A stretch of DNA of 64,000 bases from Escherichia phage S143_2: sequence record MZ189261.1. One strand, 5' to 3'. The position numbers and the translations under genes are program-made. Under the pieces are notes generated by a model, which was given only the letters and a program-made list of their open reading frames with translations, was not told the origin of the DNA and made no database searches. Numbering within the stretch: position 1 is the first letter of the stretch; every line of letters starts with the position of its first letter. Of this stretch, positions 28,313 through 37,310 are shown piece after piece.

Positions 28313-28771
28313 CTAGATTTTAATCACTGCTTTAGAAGCTTTTCCTGGTAGTCGTTTACTGTTAATAATAGCCATTCTGCATTGAAGAGTCTTCATTTTG
28401 AATGCTGGATTTTCGCGACAAACTGTAAGTCCTAACCAAAGATTTCCATCAGTTATTTCTAAACGGCCTGGACGATATTCGACACCTTCGACAAAATCTT
28501 CATCAACATCTGGACGTGCCGGCATTGATAAAAATTCTGCAACTTCTTTAACATGATTTTTTACTTTACGAAATAATTCAAAAACGTAGTTCTCATCTAT
28601 TTCTCTCTGGATAGCACGATCTAAGAGATGTTGAGAATACTTGATATGAAAGCCTGGTAGTCCAAGAGACTTTGCAGCATCTTTTATACCGGCATTTATT
28701 TTGCGGAACTCCGTTTCAAAGATTCGACGGAGTTTATTACGGCGGATAAAAACGTCAGAATTGATAGTCAT
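28313..28771 (-). CDS. regB: RegB endoribonuclease
   Basis: 152 aa; MTINSDVFIRRNKLRR...KYSQHLLDRAIQREIDENYVFELF...GRLEITDGNLWLG matches T4 RegB. Confidence 0.85.
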   Translation of the reverse strand: MTINSDVFIRRNKLRRIFETEFRKINAGIKDAAKSLGLPGFHIKYSQHLLDRAIQREIDENYVFELFRKVKNHVKEVAEFLSMPARPDVDEDFVEGVEYRPGRLEITDGNLWLGLTVCRENPAFKMKTLQCRMAIINSKRLPGKASKAVIKI

Positions 28772-28779
28772 TTTGATTT

Positions 28780-28828
28780 CTCCTCTAGTTGACAGGTCTA
28801 TAGTAACACAACTAGAGGAGAAGTAAAC
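28780..28828 (-). promoter_or_regulatory. early promoter with 12-bp perfect inverted repeat sequestering regB SD
   Basis: minus strand GTTTAC-ttCTCCTCTAGTTGtgttactatagacctgtCAACTAGAGGAGaaatcaaaATG; arms 28780-28791 and 28809-28820. Confidence 0.6.
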
Positions 28829-28832
28829 TACT

Positions 28833-29048
28833 TTATTGATAAAATGGAGTTAAAGCCCAAGATTCTTTAGATACCATATCGGCGAAATGCCTCATCTCTT
28901 CGATTTGGCGACGACGCTGGTCAGCATAGTCTTCTTCGCCTTCTTCCTTACAATCTTCAAGGTCTTCTTCAAGATACTTTAAGTATTCACTACAAATTTT
29001 GTTGACCTTTTCTTGAAAGTCCAATAACCCAGTAATAGTAGAAGCCAT
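28833..29048 (-). CDS. hypothetical acidic protein
   Basis: 71-aa ORF. Confidence 0.4.
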   Translation of the reverse strand: MASTITGLLDFQEKVNKICSEYLKYLEEDLEDCKEEGEEDYADQRRRQIEEMRHFADMVSKESWALTPFYQ

Positions 29049-29314
29049 TAGTATTTTTCCTCAGGTCGAAATACTGCACGACATGCCCACATGCTGGCTT
29101 CTTTTAGATGTTGCTTAGCATACTTAAGAGCCTGCACTGCATCCATATCTTCTTTGGTTTGTTGCTCTGATTCATTTTCTTTCAAGATATATGCTTCTTC
29201 AATCAGAGCATCAAACATCAATCCAAGACGGACTTCTGCGTCTTTAATAGCGTTCACTTTACTGATTTTATCATCGGTATGTGGCTTGTAGCCTTTGATG
29301 TCTTCAATCGACAT
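29048..29314 (-). CDS. hypothetical protein (89 aa, start at internal ATG)
   Basis: track ORF 29048..29482 overlaps neighbour; MSIEDIKGYKPHTDD... from ATG 29314. Confidence 0.35.
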   Translation of the reverse strand: MSIEDIKGYKPHTDDKISKVNAIKDAEVRLGLMFDALIEEAYILKENESEQQTKEDMDAVQALKYAKQHLKEASMWACRAVFRPEEKY

Positions 29315-29528
29315 AAGGAATTTCCTCATCGGTGGCAAGGTCATATTCGACCAATTGGATAGGCTCATTAATACCATATCCGCGTACAGTGATATCGGTT
29401 GACGGATATTTTCCAGTAATATCACCCGTTCTAAATGCTTCAATGAATGATTGCTCGCCTGAGCAACTAAACCAGGCGGCAAAACATTTTAAAACATCTT
29501 CAGACCCTTCTATAATCAATTTAGCCAT
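29304..29528 (-). CDS. hypothetical protein
   Basis: 74-aa ORF. Confidence 0.4.
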   Translation of the reverse strand: MAKLIIEGSEDVLKCFAAWFSCSGEQSFIEAFRTGDITGKYPSTDITVRGYGINEPIQLVEYDLATDEEIPYVD

Positions 29529-29890
29529 TATAGACTCTCAGTAAAGGTACGAGCTATAACGTCGCGCTGCTGTTCTGGAGTCAGAGAGTTAAAGCGAACT
29601 GCATAACCGGATACACGGATGGTCAGCTGCGGATATTTTTCTGGATGCTTAACTGCATCTTCCAGAATTTCACGACGCAGAACGTTAACGTTCAGGTGTT
29701 GACCACCTTCAATTTTAACTTTAGGTTGATGTTCAATTTCAATTTCACGGGCATTCAAACCGTAGAAAATTTCCGGGTCTACAATAGCGTCTTCTTTAAA
29801 AGTCTTAGAGACGATAATCCGGGCTTGAGTACCGTCTTCAAAATAAATAGTGCCTTTATGTGCACCTTCAAGAATTTGATATGCTTTCAT
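29528..29890 (-). CDS. autonomous glycyl radical cofactor (GrcA/YfiD-like)
   Basis: 120 aa; C-terminal ~60 aa ([60 protein letters not shown]) nearly identical to E. coli GrcA glycyl-radical domain. Confidence 0.85.
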   Translation of the reverse strand: MKAYQILEGAHKGTIYFEDGTQARIIVSKTFKEDAIVDPEIFYGLNAREIEIEHQPKVKIEGGQHLNVNVLRREILEDAVKHPEKYPQLTIRVSGYAVRFNSLTPEQQRDVIARTFTESL

Positions 29891-29896
29891 ATAACC

Positions 29897-30253
29897 TCAA
29901 TTAGAAAATAAATTTATCCAAGATTTTTCTTTAATCAAAAATGGGTCGGAATTAAACGCCATTAAACTTTGAGTGATTAATCCCTTAAATGGCCCATCAA
30001 TAAATTCCATTTTGAAATGCGGAATACTAGTCATCAACCGTGCATTAGGAGCAGTACAAAGAACCTGCTGCCCTGCGAACGGACCTTTAGTCAAACGATA
30101 TCGTTTAGGTTTAAAATGGTAAATCTCATAATTTTCTACAAGAGCCCTTTTATTGCATACTGGGCTGTTATAACAATACTCAAAAACTTCAATAGTGGTC
30201 ATCATTGCATTCCAATCACAAAAAATTGAGGACGAGCAATACCGCCGATGCAA
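29897..30253 (-). CDS. hypothetical protein (start uncertain)
   Basis: 118-aa ORF, overlaps upstream gene. Confidence 0.4.
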   Translation of the reverse strand: MHRRYCSSSIFCDWNAMMTTIEVFEYCYNSPVCNKRALVENYEIYHFKPKRYRLTKGPFAGQQVLCTAPNARLMTSIPHFKMEFIDGPFKGLITQSLMAFNSDPFLIKEKSWINLFSN

Positions 30254-30741
30254 TATTTGCTTTTGCAGCAGTGCTGTACTGATTTAATATGGACATTGTA
30301 AATCTTATCCATATCAGGAGCTTTAATAGGCTCGTCAATTATATACAGAATACGAGAAAGCGTTAATCCACGGAATTTAGAACCTTCATTACCAATAAAA
30401 CTACGGACAGAATCAGTAAATAAACGGAATCGAATATCATCGCTAGAATAACGAGAAAATTCTTTTTTAATGTTGCCAGCAGAAATTTTAGCATAAGCTG
30501 AAGTATTAGAAAGAACAATAACTGTTCCACCATCGAGCAGCCAATTAGCGGCAAAATTAGTTACTGCAGTTGATTTACCAGATTGTCTGCCACCATCTAA
30601 ACGAAGTGTACAGTACTGCTTGAGTACGTCTTCAAATGGTGGGGCATAACCGTTCTTACAAATTTCTTCTACTCTAGCATCAGAATGGTGTGTAAAAGCA
30701 TTCATCAGGGATAGATAAGGTCCAGTTAAAAATGTTCTCAT
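30202..30741 (-). CDS. small P-loop NTPase
   Basis: 179 aa; Walker A GGRQSGKST, Walker B-like LYIIDEP. Confidence 0.45.
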   Translation of the reverse strand: MRTFLTGPYLSLMNAFTHHSDARVEEICKNGYAPPFEDVLKQYCTLRLDGGRQSGKSTAVTNFAANWLLDGGTVIVLSNTSAYAKISAGNIKKEFSRYSSDDIRFRLFTDSVRSFIGNEGSKFRGLTLSRILYIIDEPIKAPDMDKIYNVHIKSVQHCCKSKYCIGGIARPQFFVIGMQ

Positions 30742-30914
30742 TTAGTTTCTCTTAAGGTTGGGGCCATTCCGTGGCACATGTTAGGTCCTTCGACTCGCTA
30801 TGTAAACCCATTACCGCACTTGGGCTCGACCTTATTACAGGTTGGAAAAGGTACATCACTCAGAGGACTCGACGTTCATAAGGAGAGGTTGCGTTTCCCT
30901 TTATTAGGCAAGAA

Positions 30915-31244
30915 TTATACTCTAGGCTTTTGAGCTTGTTTGGTATTGGATTCCCATGCGGCTTTGGTAATTTTGTTAGCGGCATAACCAAAGGCACTAG
31001 ATAGAACACCTTTAGAGTTGAATACATCCAATCCAATAAGTACACCGGCTGTGTTAAATTTAGGAGCAAAGTACGCATTAGTTTTAGAAAGAGCTTTTTT
31101 CAATTCAGGGTCTTGAACCAAGCCATCAAAAACGCCTTTACTATTTACTTTATATGTTACTTTGGGATTTTTAGCTTCTTCGATAGCAGCTTTCTGTTCC
31201 GCAGATAATGTAACTTCAGTGATAAACTCTTGATATGTTTTCAT
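30915..31244 (-). CDS. internal protein (CTS-bearing), IPII-like position
   Basis: 109 aa; N-terminal MKTYQEFITE capsid targeting sequence. Confidence 0.6.
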   Translation of the reverse strand: MKTYQEFITEVTLSAEQKAAIEEAKNPKVTYKVNSKGVFDGLVQDPELKKALSKTNAYFAPKFNTAGVLIGLDVFNSKGVLSSAFGYAANKITKAAWESNTKQAQKPRV

Positions 31245-31282
31245 ATGTTTCCTTTAAATGTAAATAGGCCTAAGTATCGGCC

Positions 31283-31861
31283 TTAATTACCACGGGCTGC
31301 ATTAGCAACGGCATAAGCGTACTGAACATTAGCGTCTTTAAACGTACCTTTAGAGGTATCTATTTCTGCCTTAAAGCCGCCTTTAGCCATAACATCGGCA
31401 AATTCTTTACGGAAGGCCATTGCATCAAGACCTTTCCATGATGATTTATGCTTGGCAAATTCAAGACCTGCGAAGTTGACAGCTTTAGCCAATTTATTAT
31501 CAATGACCCATTTACCGGCTTTAGGCACAAACTTCGGTCCTTTTTGTTTAGAGAACAGTTTTAAATTCCAGCGACGAAGATCACTGTCGGCTTTAACAAA
31601 AGCTGCGTCTAAGTTACTAGCAACAACATCTTCAATATGAGCAAATTTAAGTCCGTCAACTTCAATATTTAGATCGTTACGCCAGCGAAGTCCTTCCCAA
31701 GCGAAGGCTTTAAAATCAGAAGCCTTTGTGGCTAGATATCGTTCAATTGGAGCAGTTTTAGGGTCAAAGCCGTTTCCACCACGATAAGTCCACTCGTCCT
31801 TATTAATGCCTTGAGCTTTTCCTGCAAAGGCCTCGGCGATAAATTCTTTATACGTTTTCAT
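31283..31861 (-). CDS. ipIII: internal protein III-like (CTS-bearing)
   Basis: 192 aa (T4 IPIII 194 aa); N-terminal MKTYKEFIAE. Confidence 0.6.
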   Translation of the reverse strand: MKTYKEFIAEAFAGKAQGINKDEWTYRGGNGFDPKTAPIERYLATKASDFKAFAWEGLRWRNDLNIEVDGLKFAHIEDVVASNLDAAFVKADSDLRRWNLKLFSKQKGPKFVPKAGKWVIDNKLAKAVNFAGLEFAKHKSSWKGLDAMAFRKEFADVMAKGGFKAEIDTSKGTFKDANVQYAYAVANAARGN

Positions 31862-31887
31862 TTTTGTTCCTATTGTTTTAATTTATG

Positions 31888-32202
31888 TTATTCTTTAGGG
31901 AAGTTTTTAGAGTATGCGTCGTAAAGTTTATTGCCGATGCGACGGAAGACTTTAGCTGCAAAACGGTTTTCAGGGTTTTTAATCATGATTTGCATCATGT
32001 AAGTTCCTGCGTCCGAAAGAGCTTCTTCATAGTACCCATTAATTTCTTTAAGAGTCCTACGTTTACCACCAGGACCATCAACAGTAATTTTCCATTTACC
32101 TGTAGAAGTGCGGCTCGGTGGCTCAACTTGTTCAATCCAAATATAACCACCTTCAACGCGTTGGTTGGCTGATTCTGCAATAAATTCTTTATACGTTTTC
32201 AT
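31888..32202 (-). CDS. internal protein (CTS-bearing)
   Basis: 104 aa; MKTYKEFIAE leader. Confidence 0.6.
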   Translation of the reverse strand: MKTYKEFIAESANQRVEGGYIWIEQVEPPSRTSTGKWKITVDGPGGKRRTLKEINGYYEEALSDAGTYMMQIMIKNPENRFAAKVFRRIGNKLYDAYSKNFPKE

Positions 32203-32214
32203 TTTTTGTTTCCT

Positions 32215-32263
32215 TGTTTGTTTTGATAGAGTAATTATACCATATTAATACTTAAGCGTAAAC
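32215..32263 (-). promoter_or_regulatory. early promoter module (family C variant)
   Basis: minus strand GTTTAC-gcttaagtattaatatgg-TATAAT-tactctatcaaaac upstream of IP gene. Confidence 0.45.
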
Positions 32264-32266
32264 TGT

Positions 32267-32527
32267 TTAAGCTTTACCGCCAGAAATAATTCCGAAGTTG
32301 TTAAAATCGTATCCAATATCGTCAACATCTACTTTAGGGCTTGCTACAACATAAGCAATTTCACTACGTTTTGCATAGGTGTTGATTTCTTTACCATCGC
32401 CACCTAAGAAAAAATACCCATTACGTTTTAATGAGCCAAAGTCTTCCGCATCACCAATGAAAGCTTTAACTTTAAATTTGGGGCTTTTGGCATCTGCTTC
32501 AGAGATAAATTCTTGGTACATTTTCAT
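32267..32527 (-). CDS. internal protein (CTS-bearing)
   Basis: 86 aa; MKMYQEFISE leader. Confidence 0.55.
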   Translation of the reverse strand: MKMYQEFISEADAKSPKFKVKAFIGDAEDFGSLKRNGYFFLGGDGKEINTYAKRSEIAYVVASPKVDVDDIGYDFNNFGIISGGKA

Positions 32528-32533
32528 TTTTCC

Positions 32534-32947
32534 TTAGTAAATTGATTTACCATAGTATTTGTACCAAGTAGGGCGCTGAGCAATTTTTTCATCTAAGCGT
32601 GCTTGACTTATCGCAATGGACGCTTCGGACGGGACATAATTATTACGAAATTCGGCAGGGATGTCGGAAATATCCTGGACAGTCGTGTCCTTGATTTTGA
32701 AACCACGTTTCAAGCATTCAGCGATTAGCTCGATTTGTCGTAAACGTAAAAATTCAAGTTTGTCGTAAAAGAATGTTACGTGACCTGTGCCTAAGATAAA
32801 TGTTGGAGAGATTTTAAAATCCTTTACACGTTTACCGTTTTGAACATGTTTACGGACTGCACCAAATACGCGTGGTAATTCACGATACTCAGCCATAAGA
32901 TGTTGGTCGGTCAGTTCAGAAACAAGTGTTAAATTGATACGAGTCAT
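32534..32947 (-). CDS. denV: endonuclease V (pyrimidine dimer DNA glycosylase) DenV
   Basis: 138 aa from ATG 32947: [35 protein letters not shown]... matches T4 DenV. Confidence 0.9.
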   Translation of the reverse strand: MTRINLTLVSELTDQHLMAEYRELPRVFGAVRKHVQNGKRVKDFKISPTFILGTGHVTFFYDKLEFLRLRQIELIAECLKRGFKIKDTTVQDISDIPAEFRNNYVPSEASIAISQARLDEKIAQRPTWYKYYGKSIY

Positions 32948-33005
32948 AAGTTCCTCCAAGTAGTTGATGAATGTATAGTATCAAAGTCCTTGGAGGAAGT
33001 AAACA

Positions 33006-33287
33006 CTATTTTTCTGAAGCGCCTGAAATATATTTTTCAAGACGTTGTTTCATCAGCGAGCCGTTCTTAGCGATTTCTTCCGGTTTATCGCACATACGCA
33101 ACAAGGCTTCAAGCTTAACGATATCGCTGGTACGTTCAAATTTGCGAGTATCTATCTTACTAGCAAGTTCAGAAATACGTGCTAATAGACTTTCAGCTTC
33201 AACCAAAGCTGCACCTAGCTTAGTTGCAAATGTGTCAGTAGCTTCGTTAAGAATAGATTCTGATAAAAATTCACTATATGTTTTCAT
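33006..33287 (-). CDS. internal protein (CTS-bearing)
   Basis: 93 aa from ATG 33287; [10 protein letters not shown] leader. Confidence 0.55.
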   Translation of the reverse strand: MKTYSEFLSESILNEATDTFATKLGAALVEAESLLARISELASKIDTRKFERTSDIVKLEALLRMCDKPEEIAKNGSLMKQRLEKYISGASEK

Positions 33288-33772
33288 ATATACGCTTTCC
33301 AAGTTCCTGTTTTAAATGTTGAGATTACGCGTTTCGCGCGATTAGGTGTCTGACGATACCATTTAGATTGGGCTAGATTTACTGCCGCTTCGTCCCAACG
33401 TTTCTGTTGAAGCATACGAAGAGAATTAGTAAAACCAGCGACGCCTGCTACACCCATTTGGAAGACCATATTGACCAATGCACATCGACGAACTGCATCT
33501 AAAGAATCGTATACCGGTTTAAGTTTAGCATTACCCAAGATTCCGCGAACAGCTTTATCAACGTCTTCATTAAATAACTTTTCAGCCTCATCAAGGGTAA
33601 TTGTACCGTTGCATTTACGTCCGATCATTCTGTCAAGTTCAGCTTTAGCTACGGCTAAAGACGGGTTCTTTGTTACTAAATGACCTATGCCAATCGTCCA
33701 AAAGCCTTCAGTGTCTTTGTATAAAGTCAGTCTAAGACCTTCGTCATTACGAAGCATTTCAAATATATTCAT
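33284..33772 (-). CDS. e: lysozyme (endolysin), gene e
   Basis: 162 aa from ATG 33772: [32 protein letters not shown]...; matches T4 lysozyme incl. catalytic E11/D20/T26 context. Confidence 0.9.
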   Translation of the reverse strand: MNIFEMLRNDEGLRLTLYKDTEGFWTIGIGHLVTKNPSLAVAKAELDRMIGRKCNGTITLDEAEKLFNEDVDKAVRGILGNAKLKPVYDSLDAVRRCALVNMVFQMGVAGVAGFTNSLRMLQQKRWDEAAVNLAQSKWYRQTPNRAKRVISTFKTGTWKAYI

Positions 33773-33806
33773 AATACCTCCCACGTTTATAGGAGGTATT
33801 TATTAC

Positions 33807-34280
33807 TTATAGGATGGTAGTGAGCACCTTATATAATGATTTGCCCATTACATATTCCCATTGAGAAGGTTTAATTAAAGCGAATGCATCAAATTCAGGA
33901 ATCTGTCGTCCGTCTGGGAATGTATGATAGGAATTACAAACACTGTTTCTGAATTGCTCGTGCTCTACAGGGATGGTATATAGGAACAGATGAATATTCT
34001 TATTGTCTGAGTAATGATGTTCACCTAGGTCTTTCAGGAAGGCAGGGTCATATTGTGTAAACCCAGTTTCTTCTTCGCATTCACGAATAGCGGCTTCGAT
34101 AGGAGATTCGCCGGGCTCGACACGACCTTTAGGAATATCCCACCGATGAGCTAAAGAACCTTTAGGACGAGAACCAGTTACACGCCCCATGAATAATTCT
34201 TTATCTTCGGTAAGGAAAATAATACCAGCTGATAGTTCTTTCACTTTATTTTTCTTACTCATCATCTCAAATTCCTGCAT
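33807..34280 (-). CDS. nudE: Nudix hydrolase NudE
   Basis: Nudix box GRVEPGESPIEAAIRECEEETGF; start probably at internal MMSKKNK. Confidence 0.85.
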   Translation of the reverse strand: MQEFEMMSKKNKVKELSAGIIFLTEDKELFMGRVTGSRPKGSLAHRWDIPKGRVEPGESPIEAAIRECEEETGFTQYDPAFLKDLGEHHYSDNKNIHLFLYTIPVEHEQFRNSVCNSYHTFPDGRQIPEFDAFALIKPSQWEYVMGKSLYKVLTTIL

Positions 34281-34753
34281 TCGGTAATAAAACGTTCAAC
34301 TTCATTATTCTTGGCCTTTATCTTGTCTTTATGTTCTTGTAAACTACTTTTAATAAGATTAATAATGATGGCGGTGGTGCCGCCGCCAATGATGCCACCA
34401 ACAACACTTATGATAATAGATGCTAATAAGATAGCAATAATATCAACAAAACCTAAAGAACTCACCTTAGTACTGAAAAACCATATAGACGGTACAAATA
34501 TAATCCATCCTGTTATCCATTGGCACTTATTGAAAAACTTTTCAAGCTCAGCTTGAGTTGTTTGTATTACTTCATCGATAGGTTGATATCCATTAATGTA
34601 TCTGTTCACGATAATACCTGCTGGCTGGTCGATTTTAAATTCTTGGCAAATACGTTTCACTAAGTAGGATGGACAGGATGTCCAATCTACTGAATAGTAT
34701 GAAATACCTTCATTGCCATCGTCTATATTAGACCAATATGTTTTGTTAATCAT
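34262..34753 (-). CDS. membrane protein with C-terminal ERFITECR motif
   Basis: 163 aa; TM helices; Gly-rich stretch; C-terminus ...EVERFITECRNLR. Confidence 0.5.
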   Translation of the reverse strand: MINKTYWSNIDDGNEGISYYSVDWTSCPSYLVKRICQEFKIDQPAGIIVNRYINGYQPIDEVIQTTQAELEKFFNKCQWITGWIIFVPSIWFFSTKVSSLGFVDIIAILLASIIISVVGGIIGGGTTAIIINLIKSSLQEHKDKIKAKNNEVERFITECRNLR

Positions 34754-35439
34754 TACCAGCCTTCCATAGGGAATTCCAGATAAACTTGAGCATTGACACG
34801 AATTTCATTGGTAATCTTTTTAACTCGGTCTGTATTACGAGATACACGTCCGAACCAACGCCATCCATTACTAATTGCACGAGAACCAGTGTGCCATGTT
34901 TGCCAATCAAACTGAAGAAGAGTACGATCTGGAGCTTCCCATTTCTCTAGTTCACCTTTTTCAATTTTTTCGAGGACTTCTTTGTGCCACTGGCGATAGA
35001 TAAGTTCGCCATCAGGAATCTGACTGAACTCTGCAGTTCCTGTTGCAAAATGAGTAGGACACACATCAGCGTTAACAAGACCAAGAATATGTTCAGACAA
35101 ATAGCGAGGATTGTCATAATCAGGTTGTCCTGCAGTAATAAAGTGTTGACCGACTGGAATATCTGGGCGAGGAACATCATCATGGTGATATCCAGGAATA
35201 GCAGGATACCAACCGGGCATCAGCATGTGAACTCGTGAATCAAATACTACATCCGAGTCTTTCCAATCGTCAGGAAGATTTTGGATAAAGCTACGAGTAA
35301 TCGGGCCACCATTATCAAAAGCAAAATTCAAATCGCAGTTAAAGAACATAGGCTCGTTTTTAATCTGGTCGTTTTTAATCGCATGAGCAAAACCACCTAC
35401 TGCACGAGCTTGGCTATTAAACACTTTAGAACTATTCAT
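34753..35439 (-). CDS. hypothetical His/Asp-rich protein
   Basis: 228 aa; possible metal-binding residues (YHHDD, CPTHF); no confident family. Confidence 0.5.
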   Translation of the reverse strand: MNSSKVFNSQARAVGGFAHAIKNDQIKNEPMFFNCDLNFAFDNGGPITRSFIQNLPDDWKDSDVVFDSRVHMLMPGWYPAIPGYHHDDVPRPDIPVGQHFITAGQPDYDNPRYLSEHILGLVNADVCPTHFATGTAEFSQIPDGELIYRQWHKEVLEKIEKGELEKWEAPDRTLLQFDWQTWHTGSRAISNGWRWFGRVSRNTDRVKKITNEIRVNAQVYLEFPMEGW

Positions 35440-35440
35440 A

Positions 35441-35746
35441 TTATTTTCCTCGACATTCTTTAATGAAATTTTCTAGATTGGTAGATTCAATAGCTTTTTT
35501 ACGAGCTTCTGCGTGTTCTTCTTCAGACAATTTACATTTATAATTGACCCAGACATTATGGTCGAAACTAGTCGTGGCATATAATAACAATGCTCCAACG
35601 AATAGCAAAAACGGTGATAAGAATACGAAACCAGGAACACCATCCATATCGTAGGCCTTTTGTAATACTGCAACAGAAAGAGCTGCGTAAAAAGGTGATG
35701 CAAATATTGTTAAAAGACCGATTCGGTTGGTTTCTGTTAATTTCAT
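35441..35746 (-). CDS. membrane protein with C-terminal ENFIKECR motif
   Basis: 101 aa; two TM helices; C-terminus ...NLENFIKECRGK. Confidence 0.5.
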   Translation of the reverse strand: MKLTETNRIGLLTIFASPFYAALSVAVLQKAYDMDGVPGFVFLSPFLLFVGALLLYATTSFDHNVWVNYKCKLSEEEHAEARKKAIESTNLENFIKECRGK

Positions 35747-35764
35747 AATATTCTCCTCATGTTT

Positions 35765-35804
35765 TAATAGGACTACTATATCATAGTCCTATAATTGTGT
35801 AAAC
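35765..35804 (-). promoter_or_regulatory. early promoter plus stem-loop module (family C)
   Basis: minus strand GTTTAC-acaattaTAGGACTATgaTATAGTAGTCCTATTAAAAC. Confidence 0.5.
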
Positions 35805-35816
35805 AGTTTTGTGAAG

Positions 35817-36773
35817 TTATTTGAAAGGTTTTACCATATGGAAATTTTGTTTGAAACGTTTGACGTAATCATCATGTCCTAAGCTTTGGTACATACTTAC
35901 TACTTTGCTGTAGTTTTCCCAGGCATACTCACGGAACCAACCAGAGGTGATGCTTGTACAGACTTTTTCCAATGCCATCATAAAACTGGCTTCAGGGTTA
36001 ATTTTAAAGTCATTAGGAATTTGAGAACGTTCTAATGCTAGTACACATGATTCTTCGTATACACCGGCCAATTTGACCATTTCTGGTAACGATTCAAACT
36101 TCTCGCGTGAGGTCATGACTTCAGAACCGTCTTTCATATAAAATGTATACGCTGGACGGTCTGTTAGTGCAATGGCTTCATGAATAGTATCATGGTCATA
36201 CGTATAGATGTCATCTTTAAAGAACGCACTTTTAGAAGTGTCAAGAACTGGGTGAGCATAGTTCAAGGTTTCTTTCTGGCGTTTCAGCATAATTTCAGTA
36301 AGTTCATCGTTCAGTGTAACACCTTTACCACGAAGATACTGAATATGGTTCATAGTCTTTAAAAAGAATGGATTATTTTTCTTGAAACGATGAGACAACT
36401 TAATTGCAAGACATATCTCAGGAGTTGCCCAGTAAAACCCGTTCAAACGGTCTTTAGTCAAATTTTTCTTGGCGTATTTTAAAAGGTCATAAGAAGACGT
36501 GAAATCTTCAGGAGTGAGTTCACCTACTAATTCACGGACATTAGTGATTGCCGGAACAATATATGCTTCAAAATGAGTTTCGCGTCCATTATGGAAGCAT
36601 TTGAAAACTTGGACATCAGGGTTATCTTGATGAACATATACACCCATCATTTGATTTTTGAATGCATTCCAAGAACCTTGGTCTGCAATAAAGTCCCAGT
36701 CACTATTTTTGATAGCGTTAGAATCAATAAGACCATGATAGTGAAGTGCACGAGAACCAATAACTAACATCAT
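35817..36773 (-). CDS. nucleotidyltransferase-fold protein (second copy)
   Basis: 318 aa; N-terminal GSRALHYHGLIDSNAIKNSDWDF (G[SG]...DxD). Confidence 0.45.
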   Translation of the reverse strand: MMLVIGSRALHYHGLIDSNAIKNSDWDFIADQGSWNAFKNQMMGVYVHQDNPDVQVFKCFHNGRETHFEAYIVPAITNVRELVGELTPEDFTSSYDLLKYAKKNLTKDRLNGFYWATPEICLAIKLSHRFKKNNPFFLKTMNHIQYLRGKGVTLNDELTEIMLKRQKETLNYAHPVLDTSKSAFFKDDIYTYDHDTIHEAIALTDRPAYTFYMKDGSEVMTSREKFESLPEMVKLAGVYEESCVLALERSQIPNDFKINPEASFMMALEKVCTSITSGWFREYAWENYSKVVSMYQSLGHDDYVKRFKQNFHMVKPFK

Positions 36774-36801
36774 AATATTTTCCTCGGATTAATTCATTAA
36801 C

Positions 36802-37053
36802 TTAAATTTCACGACATGCGATATCATATTCATCCCAGAGGTCATCGTGTGAAGCCTCTACCAATGGAACGATTGTACCATTTATGTCTTCATTATAAGG
36901 GCAAATTGTACAGTGCGCATCTTCGAATCGGATACCTTTGTGTTCAGATTTTTTATAACGCATATCGAATATCTTTGCAAATTTTTCACGAGTAATGGTT
37001 TTACCAACCACTTTGGTTCCGATACTTTCGTAATAAATCATTGTGGACTCCAT
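36802..37053 (-). CDS. hypothetical protein
   Basis: 83-aa ORF. Confidence 0.4.
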   Translation of the reverse strand: MESTMIYYESIGTKVVGKTITREKFAKIFDMRYKKSEHKGIRFEDAHCTICPYNEDINGTIVPLVEASHDDLWDEYDIACREI

Positions 37054-37057
37054 TTAA

Positions 37058-37099
37058 TTTGATAGGACTACTATAACATAGCCCTATCTTGTTGTAAAC
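37058..37099 (-). promoter_or_regulatory. early promoter plus stem-loop module (family C)
   Basis: minus strand GTTTAC-aacaagaTAGGGCTATgtTATAGTAGTCCTATCAAAT. Confidence 0.5.
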
Positions 37100-37103
37100 T
37101 GTT

Positions 37104-37301
37104 TTAGCAAGAATAACTAGACGATACCCAGCCTTGAACAGTGATACTATTGTGGGATAATGAGATCGCGTCCTGGAGATTCAGACCTGCGTTATCTTCA
37201 ATCCATAACGTAACTTCTTCGCGTTCTTCTGTTGCAATTTGGAACAGGTTTTCCAGAGCAGCTACTGCCGTACGTACAGCACAATCTAATTCACGAGACA
37301 T
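37104..37301 (-). CDS. small protein ending W-V-SSSYSC (paralog C)
   Basis: 65 aa; C-terminus QGWVSSSYSC. Confidence 0.5.
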   Translation of the reverse strand: MSRELDCAVRTAVAALENLFQIATEEREEVTLWIEDNAGLNLQDAISLSHNSITVQGWVSSSYSC

Positions 37302-37310
37302 ATGGTTTCC

